Below are positions 12,820-24,456 of a stretch of 64,000 bases of DNA, one piece after another. The DNA is taken from NCBI GenBank assembly GCA_964016885.1, contig OZ024743.1, positions 2,046,001-2,110,000 on the forward strand, in the 5' to 3' direction. Positions within the stretch are counted from its first letter, which is position 1. Every line of letters starts with the position of its first letter. The stretch is from Eledone cirrhosa (lineage: Eukaryota). A model generated the notes under the pieces. The model had not been told where the DNA came from, made no database searches, and was given only the letters and a program-made list of their open reading frames with translations. The position numbers were made by a program, and so were the translations under genes.

Positions 12820-13022
12820 GGTGTGGCTAGCACACAGAGACTTTCAGATTGTGGCTGGGACACACGGACTTTCCACATTGTGGCTGGGACAGAGACTTCC
12901 ACATTGTGACTGGGACACGGACTTTCCACATTGTGGCTGGAACAGAGACTTCCACATTGTGACTGGGACACAGACTTTCCACATTGTGGCTGGGACAGGG
13001 ACTTCCACATTGTGACTGCGAC
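12820..13022 (+). repeat. Intronic minisatellite, alternating 26/27-bp units (53-bp dimer)
   Basis: CCACATTGTGGCTGGGACAGAGACTT alternates with CCACATTGTGACTGGGACACGGACTTT; about 7 monomers. Confidence 0.85.
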
Positions 13023-14182
13023 ATTCACGTAAAATAATGATGGTATGTGTGTGTGTATATGTGTATTTGAGTGAGTGAGTGTGTGCACATTGTTGAGAGA
13101 CTTTTAATAAATTGGTATGTTGAATCTTGTATTTTTTCGTCTGTTACGGTAATTTACACCAATGAATACCAAGATCGACTTAGCCATTCAATAAGTTAAA
13201 CTACTAGAAGTAGGGGTTGATATAATCAGCTAAAACTCTTCAATGCTGTGCTGCAGCCCAATAAGTAAAACCAAGAAGAGAATAAAAGAATGCGAAAGTT
13301 GTTAGCTATAAAAGCCCTAATGGTGATGGACTTTAAATGATGATGATGAACAGATAATTAAGATGGCTTAGTTGCTACTTCTTCAGTCATTATAACATTG
13401 GGTGATAGGCTTAATCTGTCACTTGGTTTAATATCACCTAACCCTTGGATTTCTTTAGCAGAGCCCACTCTGTAAGCATTTAGGCCAGGTCTCCGGTGCA
13501 AGGGTATCTCCTTTTGTCCCCCACAAACAGTTGTGGAGGTCCCTAAAAAGGGTCATTAGCATAGCCCTTCTTATTCTGACTAATCAGTAAATAAAATGAA
13601 AAGACGGTCATGATAGTTAAGATGGTTCAATTGCTATATACTTCTTAATAACAAGATAAACAACATTATCAAGATAAGTCTTCTCTGTTGTTAACTATAA
13701 CATTAGTGAAGGCATATGACCTAGTTGTTAGAGTGCTCAATGCCCAGACAGGGTGGCATACTGTGTCTTTCAGCAAAGCACTTCATGTCACATTGCTCCA
13801 GATCACTAAGCTGAAAAAATTGATATCAGCTGTGGTTGGTATGATTACTTCTGCAATGGTCAGATGTTCTGTCAAGGTATACTTTCAGTTGTTTAATGCA
13901 AAGGAAACCAGAATAAGCACTTACCTTATGAGTCTCTGGGCTTGGGACAGACTTTAACCCATTAAACATCAACCTATCCAAAATCAGCTCTACTAAAATG
14001 CTCAAATTTAATGCAAGTCTTGGACTGAAATCTCATTATTGACTTGAAAATTGTTTTACTAAACTTTTCATAATTATTGATTACTTTGATAATTAAAACA
14101 CAAGAACAGTACAGTTTTATTAGAAATATAATAATGAAAGGGTTAACTAATAATATTAGCAGATAGTTAATTTGTTACTTAC

Positions 14183-14283
14183 TCCTTCATGATAACATAA
14201 CGTAAGGCATTGCCAAGTGTGTGGTCTTCATTGTGTAGTATAAATGTCTGGCTGAGAGAATCAATACTTTCTAAATGTGGCAG
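14183..14283 (-). CDS. POLR1D: POLR1D exon
   Basis: ttccag|...|gtaagt, 101 nt, phase 0-2. LPHLESIDSLSQTFILHNEDHTLGNALRYVIMK carries the RBP11-like EDHTLGN motif; LRYVIMK is AC19-type rather than RPB11-type. Confidence 0.92.
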
Positions 14284-14410
14284 CTGGAACAGAAACAATG
14301 AAAAAGATGTGTAACACACACACATAACATCATCATCGTTTAATGTCTATCTTCCATGCTAGCATGGGTTAGACGGACACACATATATATGTATATGTAT
14401 ATATATATAT

Positions 14411-14599
14411 AATTGTTTCTACTTTCGGCACAAGGCCAGCAATTACCCAGTGCATTATTGGTACTTTATTTTATCGACCCTGTAAGGATGAAAGGCAAAG
14501 TCAACCTCGGCGGGATTTGAACTCAGATCATAAAGGGATGTAACTCTATGCTTCAAAGCATGGCGTCTGACCCTCTACCGATACTGCCAATCCACCGCC
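14411..14599 (-). mobile_element. Full-length tRNA-derived SINE
   Basis: Reverse complement of the SINE consensus from GGCGGTGGATTGGCAGTATCGG to GTAGAAACAATT, between (TA)n runs. Confidence 0.85.
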
Positions 14600-14974
14600 G
14601 TATATATATTATAGAGAGAAAATGTAGCATCTAGACACAGAAAATAAATGTAAATACAGACAGTTGCTATAAATAGCTTAGAAAATTGAGTTAAGACCCA
14701 TTATAGATGGATAAAAGTTGTTAGCAGCCATTTCTCTCTGATGCTGGCTAAGTGCTCTAGCCATGGAGCTAAAGGACCTCTAACAATAATCGCCTTCTAA
14801 ATGTGAACAAACAACGTATGTAAAACTGGAACTTTCAAAGGGTTGAGAGATTATGAAATTCATAGAAAATGTGGCATGAGATGGACAAGACTTTTTGAGG
14901 CATAATTCTATGGATGCCTCTTCTTGATGCTGACCCCACTTATTTTAATTAATTAAATAAATAAATCAACTTAC

Positions 14975-14997
14975 AGAATTTATATTTTCATCAAAAT
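14975..14997 (-). CDS. POLR1D: 23-nt micro-exon linking the CARD exons to the POLR1D exons
   Basis: Strong acceptor (tttttctcttctttcag|) and donor (|gtaagt). Encodes (D)FDENINS. Its phase 1-0 bridges the phase-1 donor at 19160 and the phase-0 acceptor at 14283. Confidence 0.75.
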
Positions 14998-15444
14998 CTG
15001 AAAGAAGAGAAAAATACACAAATAATTTTTAAATATTTCAGAATAAAACAATTGTTTATTTTTGGAATCATTTTTTCATAACTTTTCTTTCTTTCTCAGA
15101 ATTGGCAGCAAGCTATTGAAGAAATAATATTCTAGTTTATCATCATTTTTAACCATGTCATGGACTGAATGAGACTTTTTGAGACAGTTTTTCTATGACT
15201 GGATACTCTTGCTGATGCCAACATTTACTTTATTCCTAAGTATTTTATATATACTATACTTAGGTGCTTATAGCAGTGGTTTCAAACTACTTGCCCATCC
15301 TTTTTTTTCTTCAACCTTCCCTTTCTCCTAATTTTACTCTTTCTCGAAGGAGGACTAATGTCCGATGTGTTGAGAAATTCTTTTTCCAACAAGAATTTTC
15401 CAATAAGAATTTGTATCTCTGCCTTTGTCTTTTTTAATCTTCAT

Positions 15445-15926
15445 TAGATGTGGTAAGGGAAACATTGTATTTATAACTAGAATACTGCTAATACCAACAG
15501 ATGTCCCATTTCCTTTCAAACAATTGCAATTCCCAGTGAGAGTCAGTTATGCAATGACCATTATCAAGTCCCAAGGTCAAACACTGCAGGTTGTCAGTCT
15601 CCATCTAGAAGAGGGCTGTTTCTCACATGGTTAATTGTATATAGGTTGTTCCAGACTAGGAAGACCCCACAAACTTTTCATAAATGCTCCAAAGAAAAAA
15701 GTTTAAAACATTCTATATACTGAAGTTCTGTAAATGTTTTATAATTTTCACAGAATGCATTTTTGTTTTATTACTTTCTGTATTTAGATATTCTAAATAA
15801 TTTTTTTAAATTGTTATGCAATATTTAAATACCCTTTAATACCGTTTATTTTAAGGGCATTACAATAGATGACAATAGGTGCCTTATAAATAGATTTGAG
15901 CACATTACAGACCAGGAGGCCGCTAG
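15445..15926 (+). mobile_element. Helitron 3' fragment (Pif1 helicase C-terminus to CTAG end)
   Basis: QFPVRVSYAMTIIKSQGQTL...CFSHG*LYIGCSR helicase motifs; putative CTAG|T terminus at 15923-15926. Confidence 0.75.
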
Positions 15927-16410
15927 TATATATATATATATTTGACCCTTTGACCCCTTTAACTAAATTTTGTCCAAACAACACCACTAGAAGAATTTAC
16001 TTCCCCCGCCAACCCTAACACGCCTCATTAAGCTAACTGCTGCCAAAACATTTTCTCCTTACAATCTCTACTACTCTGACAGTCTTAAATCCTAAGACTC
16101 CCTCCCTCTTACTCGCTTCCCTCTTCCTCTTCCCTTCCTACCTCCTTCTTTCTCTTATATCTAGTGTATAAAATATTTTCATATCATTCTACTACAAAGG
16201 TCTGATGACATGGTGTGTTTTCTTACAGTGTACCTACGATTTATGATAATATTTTTATATTATACAAATAGCGAGGTATAGGTAACCCATACACTATAGA
16301 AACAATTGTTACCTAATAAATTCTTTATACCCGCATTTCTGTTTCATAAACTTCTTCTTCATATATATATATATATATATATATCATCATTATTATTATA
16401 GTAGGTGAAG

Positions 16411-16600
16411 GGCGGTGGATTGGCAGTATCGGTAGAGGGCCGGACGCCTTGCTTTGACGCACAGAGTTACGGCTCTTGCCATTGTGAGTTCAAATCCCGC
16501 CGAGGTTAACTTTGCCTTTCATCCTTACGGGGTCGATAAAATAAAGTACCAGTAATGTACTGGGTTATTGCTGGCCTTGTGCCAATAGTAGAAACAATTA
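16411..16600 (+). mobile_element. Full-length tRNA-derived SINE
   Basis: A/B-box head, CCTTTCATCCTTACGGGGTCGATAAAATAAAGTACCAG core and GTAGAAACAATT tail. Confidence 0.85.
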
Positions 16601-16887
16601 TTATTTAACGTCTATTTTCCAAGTTTGTGTAGGTTGGATGAAGCGAGCAATATCAGGTGACTATGTCTTACTTATATGGATCTGTTCTTGGTTTGGTTTC
16701 TACAGTTGGATGCCCTTCCTGACACCAACCACATTGCAGAGCGTACTGGGAGCCACTACCATTATACAGAGTAGATTGGGTGCTTTTCATTGTTGCACCA
16801 GAACAACCACCTAAGAGGGTGGACTGGATATATTATATACAATGGGTTGCCTCATAGTTTCAATGTACCAAATTCACTCACAGGGCA

Positions 16888-18815
16888 TTGGTTGGCCTGA
16901 GGCTATAGAAACATTTGCCTACACACACACATATCATCATCATCATCATTGGTTGGCCTGAGGCTATAGAAACATTTGCCTACACACACACATATCATCA
17001 TCATCATCATTGGTTGGCCTGAGGCTATAGAAACATTTGCCTACACACACACATATCATCATCATCATCATTGGTTGGCCTGAGGCTATAGAAACATTTG
17101 CCTACACACACACATATCATCATCATCATCATTGGTTGGCCTGAGGCTATAGAAACATTTGCCTACACACACACATATCATCATCATCATCATTGGTTGG
17201 CCTGAGGCTATAGAAACATTTGCCTACACACACACATATCATCATCATCATTCGTTGGCCTGAGGCTATAGAAGACATTTGCCTACACACTCACATATCA
17301 TCATCATCATCATTGGTTGGCCTGAGGCTATAGAAACATTTGCCTACACACACACATATCATCATCATCATCATTGGTTGGCCTGAGGCTATAGAAGACA
17401 TTTACCTACACACACACATATCATCATCATCATTGGTTGGCCTGAGGCTATAGAAGACATTTGCCTACACACTCACATATCATCATCATCATCATTGGTT
17501 GGCCTGAGGCTATAGAAGACATTTACCTACACACTCACATATCATCATCATCATCATTGGTTGGCCTGAGGCTATAGAAACATTTGCCTACACACACACA
17601 TATCATCATCATCATCATTGGTTGGCCTGAGGCTATAGAAGACATTTACCTACACACACACATATCATCATCATCATTGGTTGGCCTGAGGCTATAGAAA
17701 CATTTGCCTACACACACACATATCATCATCATCATCATTGGTTGGCCTGAGGCTATAGAAGACATTTACCTACACACACACATATCATCATCATCATTGG
17801 TTGGCCTGAGGCTATAGAAGACATTTACCTACACACTCACATATCATCATCATCATTGTTTGGCCTGAGGCTATAGAAGACATTTGCCTACACACACACA
17901 TATCATCATCATCATCATTGGTTGGCCTGAGGCTATAGAAGACATTTACCTACACACACACATATCATCATCATCATTGGTTGGCCTGAGGCTATAGAAA
18001 CATTTGCCTACACACACACATATCATCATCATCATTGGTTGGCCTGAGGCTATAGAAGACATTTACCTACACACACACATATCATCATCATCATTGGTTG
18101 GCCTGAGGCTATAGAAGACATTTGCCTACACACACACATATCATCATCATCATCATTGGTTGGCCTGAGGCTATAGAAGACATTTACCTACACACACACA
18201 TATCATCATCATCATTGGTTGGCCTGAGGCTATAGAAGACATTTACCTACACACTCACATATCATCATCATCATTGTTTGGCCTGAGGCTATAGAAGACA
18301 TTTGCCTACACACACACATATCATCATCATCATCATTGGTTGGCCTGAGGCTATAGAAGACATTTACCTACACACACACATATCATCATCATCATTGGTT
18401 GGCCTGAGGCTATAGAAACATTTGCCTACACACACACATATCATCATCATCATTGGTTGGCCTGAGGCTATAGAAGACATTTACCTACACACACACATAT
18501 CATCATCATCATCATTGGTTGGCCTGAGGCTATAGAAGACATTTACCTACACACACACATATCATCATCATCATTGGTTGGCCTGAGGCTATAGAAACAT
18601 TTGCCTACACACACACATATCATCATCATCATTGGTTGGCCTGAGGCTATAGAAGACATTTGCCTACACACACACATATCATCATCATCATCATTGGTTG
18701 GCCTGAGGCTATAGAAGACATTTACCTACACACACACATATCATCATCATCATTGGTTGGCCTGAGGCTATAGAAGACATTTGCCTACACACACACATAT
18801 CATCATCATCATCAT
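16888..18815 (+). repeat. Minisatellite, ~59-62 bp unit, about 31 copies
   Basis: Unit TTGGTTGGCCTGAGGCTATAGAA(G)ACATTT(G/A)CCTA(CA)n TA(TCA)n. Confidence 0.95.
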
Positions 18816-19090
18816 CCAGCACACAATCCCTAAGTAGGGGTGGGTCCTGCCCGACAACGTTCCATGTGTTTCTGTCCGCCAGTCTTACTTTGAGCAGGCC
18901 AAGCCTAGCTTGATCCCAATGGGCATCTTCCATCAAAGTCCTTTTTGGTTTTCCTGAGCCTCTACTATCTCCTGGATCAACATTCATCACTTTATTGATC
19001 CATCCCTTACTGCCCTTGACATGGCTGTACCAGTGCATATATATTAGATATACAGGCCAACAAGGGATGTTACTCAACCCACTAGAAATA
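18815..19090 (-). mobile_element. Decayed RTE-like LINE 3' end
   Basis: HWYSHV...RGSGKPKRT...DRNTW, followed by a (TGA)n tail. Confidence 0.6.
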
Positions 19091-19159
19091 GCAGCCAATC
19101 CTCCATAGTTCAAATCAATGAAAGCTGAGCTAAGGCTAAACATTTAGTTAAACACTCAC

Positions 19160-19316
19160 CTGTTGTGGGAACCTTCTGACTTTCCTTCAGAGCATTAGCT
19201 AAGTTGGTATTGTCTGTGCGAACCAGAGCATCCAAAAAAGATTCAAAACATTTGATGCCTTTCTTTTCAACCATTTTGAGTAACTTTTTCACTTTGGTCT
19301 TTCTTTCATCTTCTTG
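19160..19316 (-). CDS. CARD domain exon 2 (C-terminal helices) of the predicted CARD-POLR1D protein
   Basis: ctatgtag|...|gtgagt, 157 nt, phase 0-1. QEDERKTKVKKLLKMVEKKGIKCFESFLDALVRTDNTNLANALKESQKVPTT matches the CARD pattern R..K...LL..L..KG..xF..FL.AL......LA..L. Confidence 0.82.
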
Positions 19317-20553
19317 CTACATAGAGAAAACACAATTAGTTATTTATGGGAGAGAACAAGACAGCAAAATGGCAGCCTTATTTGAGCACCAGATGAAATG
19401 CTCCTTGACATTTCTTCAGGTTCTCTGCATTTTGGGGTTAATTAATGGGTTCTAATTTTAGCACAAGGCCAGCAATTTGGGGAGAAGAGGAAATTGATTA
19501 TATCAACCCCCAGTACTTTACTTTATTGATCTTGGAAAGATGAACGGTAATGTTAACTTCAGCAAGATTTGAACTCTGACACTTTTGTCAGAACATACTG
19601 TTAAGTATTTGCTCGGAACTCAACTTTTTTCCGAATCAATTGATAAAATACCAGTCCAAAGTGGTGGATTGGCAGAATTGGTTGTGATGTTTTGTACAGT
19701 CTCCTTTGGCCTTTTACATTGAGTTTGCTTGCAACCTCACAAGTACCAAACTGTATCAGCCTTTGCCTTTCTCTTGAACAATGTCAGTGGCATGGAAAAA
19801 GGTCAACTGTTGGTCTTCAAAAAAAAAAAAAAGAACTTTCCAGGTAGTTCCCATGACCCTTTTCTGGACCTCTATGACTAGTGGAAGGTATCTTCAAACC
19901 AGAGACTTAGCCCAAATACTTACAACAGAGTATACTTTGTTAAGGACATACAAGGACCAGGTGGTGGTATTAAACCAAGCAGCATTTTAAGTTAATCACC
20001 TTCAGCTGAATTTGAACTCAAAGAACCAGAACAAATACAACATACTATCTCATCTGACACCAACAATTCTGCCAATCCACTGTGAAAGGATGAAAAACAA
20101 AGTTGACCACCATCACCTGGCCTTTGGACGCCATTAACAAGTCCACTCTGTTATAAGAATTTGGGCCAGGCTTCCAGTTAGGGGACACCTTCCTTCACAT
20201 CAGATTTACAGGCTCTGGAAAGAGTCATAGGCCCTAACTTTCCTTCCTTGGCTAAACAGTAAAAAAAAAAAAATTTCTGTTAATATAGTGCATCAGGAAT
20301 ACCTCCAAAACGCAAACATTTTAAGGCCGTTTTCTCAGTTTTAGCAGGGTTAGCATGATGGATCCAATGATAGGTTTCATACTCATCATGGGGTCCTTTT
20401 TAAGACGTTTTTCGGACAGGTTCCCTTCCTGGCACCAACCCTTCAAGTCGTCCCTTAGATGCAGGGATACGGTATACCTATTCTAAACCAGATACACACA
20501 ATAATGATTAAATAATAGCGAACAGAGACATGATAAACAAAAGAAAGTCCTAC

Positions 20554-20685
20554 TTCCAAGTGTTCTTGATCATCAGGTGTCAGGGCACACGACTCCAACA
20601 TACATTCGATAACAGGTTCAGGAACTAAATTGGTTTCCAGAAGTTGTTTGTTGTCTTTTAAAACTTTATGTAAATATTTATTCAT
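20554..20685 (-). CDS. CARD domain exon 1 (N-terminal helices); first in-frame ATG at 20685, acceptor at 20714
   Basis: MNKYLHKVLKDNKQLLETNLVPEPVIECMLESCALTPDDQEHLE|gtagga fits the CARD pattern L..N...L...L....V...L.....LT..D.E. Confidence 0.8.
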
Positions 20686-21853
20686 CTTGATAACAGAATC
20701 ACAGTGTTCTATATCTACAAAAGATAGGAAAACACGACTATGAGAGGTGAAGGAAATAGTTTGGTTCCTACAATTTTGGAAGAGGCTATGTAGCCGGTAA
20801 GAGTGTCAGGTACCATGAGTTGTGGTCCGATTTAAGACAATTTGAAATCTTTCCCACCATAAATTGTTAAAAAAAAAACAAGTTAAAATCATTTAGTCAT
20901 CCATTCGTAACTACGTTACGCTTTAGTTACATACATCTACGCGTAAACAGATACAGACAACAGAATGGGCTGGTTAAACGCTATAGCGATGTGTGTTGCG
21001 TCCCTTTAGGGTTTACTGACTACATAGCCTATTCGTTCGAGTAATTTTTCAGTTCACAGAAAACAAATCGCTTAAATAACAGCCAAATCTCTGATAATCA
21101 TACCTAGCCGTCATTAAAAAAAAGAGAGGACAGAATGGATGATGTAGTCTGAGATAAACTGTTTATAAAGAGTAGATAATTTTGTTAAATGTCGACTGAT
21201 GTATGTATGTACAACTCTAAACTTAATACGTAAAAAAATTTCTCATTTTCTTTGGTAAAGTTTCCTCTTCCAAATTCGACAGTTTGACTTTCGGGGGCTC
21301 TGGAAACGAAAAGGCACCGCATAGCTTTGGTTACTTATTTTTAAATCATTTATTACCAGACAATACATGCTTGAGTGTAATACTATAAGACGTAAAGATG
21401 TATAATAACTGCCTTAGATAACGAGAAAGAAAATAATACAATTATCTGTAATAATAACTGTTTTAAAACATTATTATTATTTACAAATCCCGCCAAGGTT
21501 AACTTTGCCTTTCATCCTTACGGGGTCGATAAAATAAAGTACCAGTAATGCACTGGATGATTGCTGGCCTTGTGCCAAAAGTAGAAACAATTATTATTTA
21601 CAATATAATAAACACGTGGTCTTCTCGCGAATATTAAGGAAGTAATGTAACTGAAAAACTCACCTAAAAACAGTACCATGATGTATATGTCTATATCTGT
21701 TAGAACACGAAAAGTGTGAAACAACAGAATGTTCACTTTTCGTGTTCTAACATAACATATATGCCTAGCTTCTTCATAAATTTTTCGGGGATAGCCGTGG
21801 TGGTGGTGATCGTATGTCATTGGCTAATTTTCAACCAATCAGAGTAAGTGTTG

Positions 21854-21886
<33 letters not shown>

Positions 21887-23216
21887 CTATTCCCCCTCTC
21901 TCTATATATATCTTACGCTTTCGCTTTACACTCCTCCCCTTCAATAACACATTTCCCCCTCTCTATATATCTCTTCCACTGTTACTTACGCCTGTTTCTC
22001 TCTATCTGTTCCGTCTCTATATATATCTCTCTTACTCTTTGCACTCCTCCCCTTCAATACCATATCTCCCCCTCTCTATATATTTGTTACTCTATCGCTG
22101 CACGCTCCTCTCCTTCAATATATCAATTACACACGCTTTACACTCCTTTATCCCCAGCGCCCCTATATATATACCCCCCCCCCTCCCGCATCTATATTTT
22201 AATGTTCCGTTGCACCGTGAATATATGTGTCTATATATATATACATATATATTGTATATACACATTCATGTATGTGTATACACACTCATGTATGTATATA
22301 CACTGGTTTTATGTGTGTTATGTGTGTATTGTAAATTTGTACTGTTAAAACACGAAACTAACATTCGATTGACACTTTGATTAACTGTACAGGCAATAGT
22401 TATTAGAATGCTGTTGAAGTGTGTATATATTTTTGGGGGACATCCTGTATATACACACATTATATATAATACAATAAACAGATAAATACACACATATATA
22501 TATGAGCTTATTTAATTATAAATATTGTGAATTTTTAACTCAGTTCAATTATATATATAAATGGCTTCTACAGGACTAGAACTGTTTCATTCGAAAGAAA
22601 TCATCATAATATTGAGAGGGGGGACTAGATAAAATATTTCAACTCAAATGTGTATAAGTTATAAGTTAAAATGTATAAATCGAGACGATAGTGGAGGTAT
22701 ATCTGTTTAGTGGAACAGTAGACGATAGAATTAAATACAGACGAGAATCTCCCTTTAATGAAACAGCAGACGATAGAATTAAGACAATTTAAATTTTAAG
22801 CATTTGCATTTCATCGTTACGGGGTCGATAAAATAAAGTACCAGTAATACACTGTCACTATAAGTAGACGACTTTCAAATTGAATTGTTGGTTCCATTTC
22901 TTTAGTATTTTCAATTGTAGTTATCTACTTAAAAAGCGTTACACGGTTAGAGACATAATTGGTAAGTTATATCTTCCCTATTAAACCATTGCATTATTTC
23001 GCCTACAATAGAACAAAAATGAAATGTTCTTTAAAGAAACAGGAATATAACTTTATAAAAAAAAAAGTTGCATCCGCTTCTTTTATCATTGATAATTTTT
23101 TCGTTTTAATATTAATTGTTTTTTGTAGTTGTTTATATTAAAAATCTTACTGTAATATTTACTTAAACGAAGGCAGACATCTAAACTTATAGATTAATCT
23201 TGAGCGAAGGACTAGA

Positions 23217-23220
<4 letters not shown>

Positions 23221-23290
<70 letters not shown>
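23221..23290. repeat. (TC)n(TA)n compound microsatellite
   Basis: Directly visible. Confidence 0.95.
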
Positions 23291-23293
<3 letters not shown>

Positions 23294-23503
23294 GAAGAAT
23301 GATAACATTTCAAGCAAAGAGTTTAATTAGGTAATGACTTACAAATTTGTTTCAGTATATATTTAATATAATATTAATATATTTTGTAATATTATTAACT
23401 AATTATTATAATTAGCGCTTCAGGCTTTGTCTATATACTGAAACAAATTTGTAAGTCATTACCTAATTAAACTCTTTGCTTGAAATTTTATCACTCTTCG
23501 TTT
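23290..23503. mobile_element. MITE-like foldback, ~72-bp inverted arms
   Basis: 23290-23361 is the reverse complement of 23432-23503 with few mismatches. Confidence 0.7.
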
Positions 23504-24456
23504 TGAATTTCTCCTAAGTATTCAATACTCTGTTGAGAAATACATTTTACATAAACAGTCTTTGTACCATTTATACGGTATTAATTACTTATATTTATAT
23601 ATATATATATATAGCGTATGATTAGAACTGTGTTTATTATTAATATTTTAATGGATTTAATGAAAAATTTTAGGTGTTCATATATATATTCTAAAAATGC
23701 GCGAAATCGTGAATCCGCGATAGTTGAACCGCCAAGTAGCGAGGTATCACTGTATATATGTTTAAATATATAGTGTAGCTGTGATGTATCTCGCGAGTGA
23801 ATCGAGACCTGTCACTGATTTTGGTGTCCCCACTGCCGATGTGAATGAGCAACGCTGCACTTATGAATTGGGTCTTGATGTTGCAGGCAGTTCATATACT
23901 TACAATGATGCGGTCCCACAAGCTTGTTCACATTCCTGTGCTAATAATCTAGATGGGCGTATTATATTGGATGTGAAAGCAGCTTACCGGATGCGGAATC
24001 GGGAGAAGTTGAGACAAAAACAGGCCGATTATAGAGCTGTGAATTTTGCTAAATTAACACAAAAACAGGCCAAGTATAGATGTTCAAAACGGTATGAGTT
24101 GGCAAACAAGCAGGCCAAGTATAGATCTGCAAATTCAGCTATTATATCTCAAAAGCAAGCCGAGCGTAGAGCTTCTAAACGTACCGAGTTGGCTAAAGAG
24201 CAGACCAAGTACAGATCTGCAAATATCTTATTGCACAAACAATAATTCTGCACAAATGTTGCTCCATTATTAGATCTAATGTTGCAACGATACAGTTAAA
24301 TGTTGTCTGTGTATTTTAAAAAAGATTTGCTTATAATCTTTTCAAATTTCATTACGCCAATGATTCAAGCTCAAATTGACATTATCTAAAAAATTGTACA
24401 AACAGTGGTGGATTAGCAGTAGTGAGCAGATAAATCAGTCAATTTATTAAGATTGA

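Noticed and set aside
12654-14283. Assignment as RPB11 (POLR2J)
   Set aside because: LRYVIMK, VEFCGY and INFRIQ fit AC19/POLR1D; RPB11 has QLLKDP.VLFAGYK.
16888-18815. Possible CRISPR-like array
   Set aside because: The context is eukaryotic, there are no unique spacers and no cas genes; it is a plain minisatellite.
19172-19173. Alternative phase-0 donor AAG|GTTCCC joining CARD directly to AC19
   Set aside because: It is a very weak donor. The strong G|GTGAGT donor plus the 23-nt micro-exon explains the frame better.
21104-21114. ATGACGGCTAG|GTATGA as a first coding exon
   Set aside because: It ends in phase 2, incompatible with the phase-1 acceptor at 20714, and seems to lie in a dispersed repeat.
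21814-22493. ORFs of 188, 166 and 75 aa
   Set aside because: Low-complexity (TA)/(CT)-rich degenerate repeat sequence with no splice or domain support.
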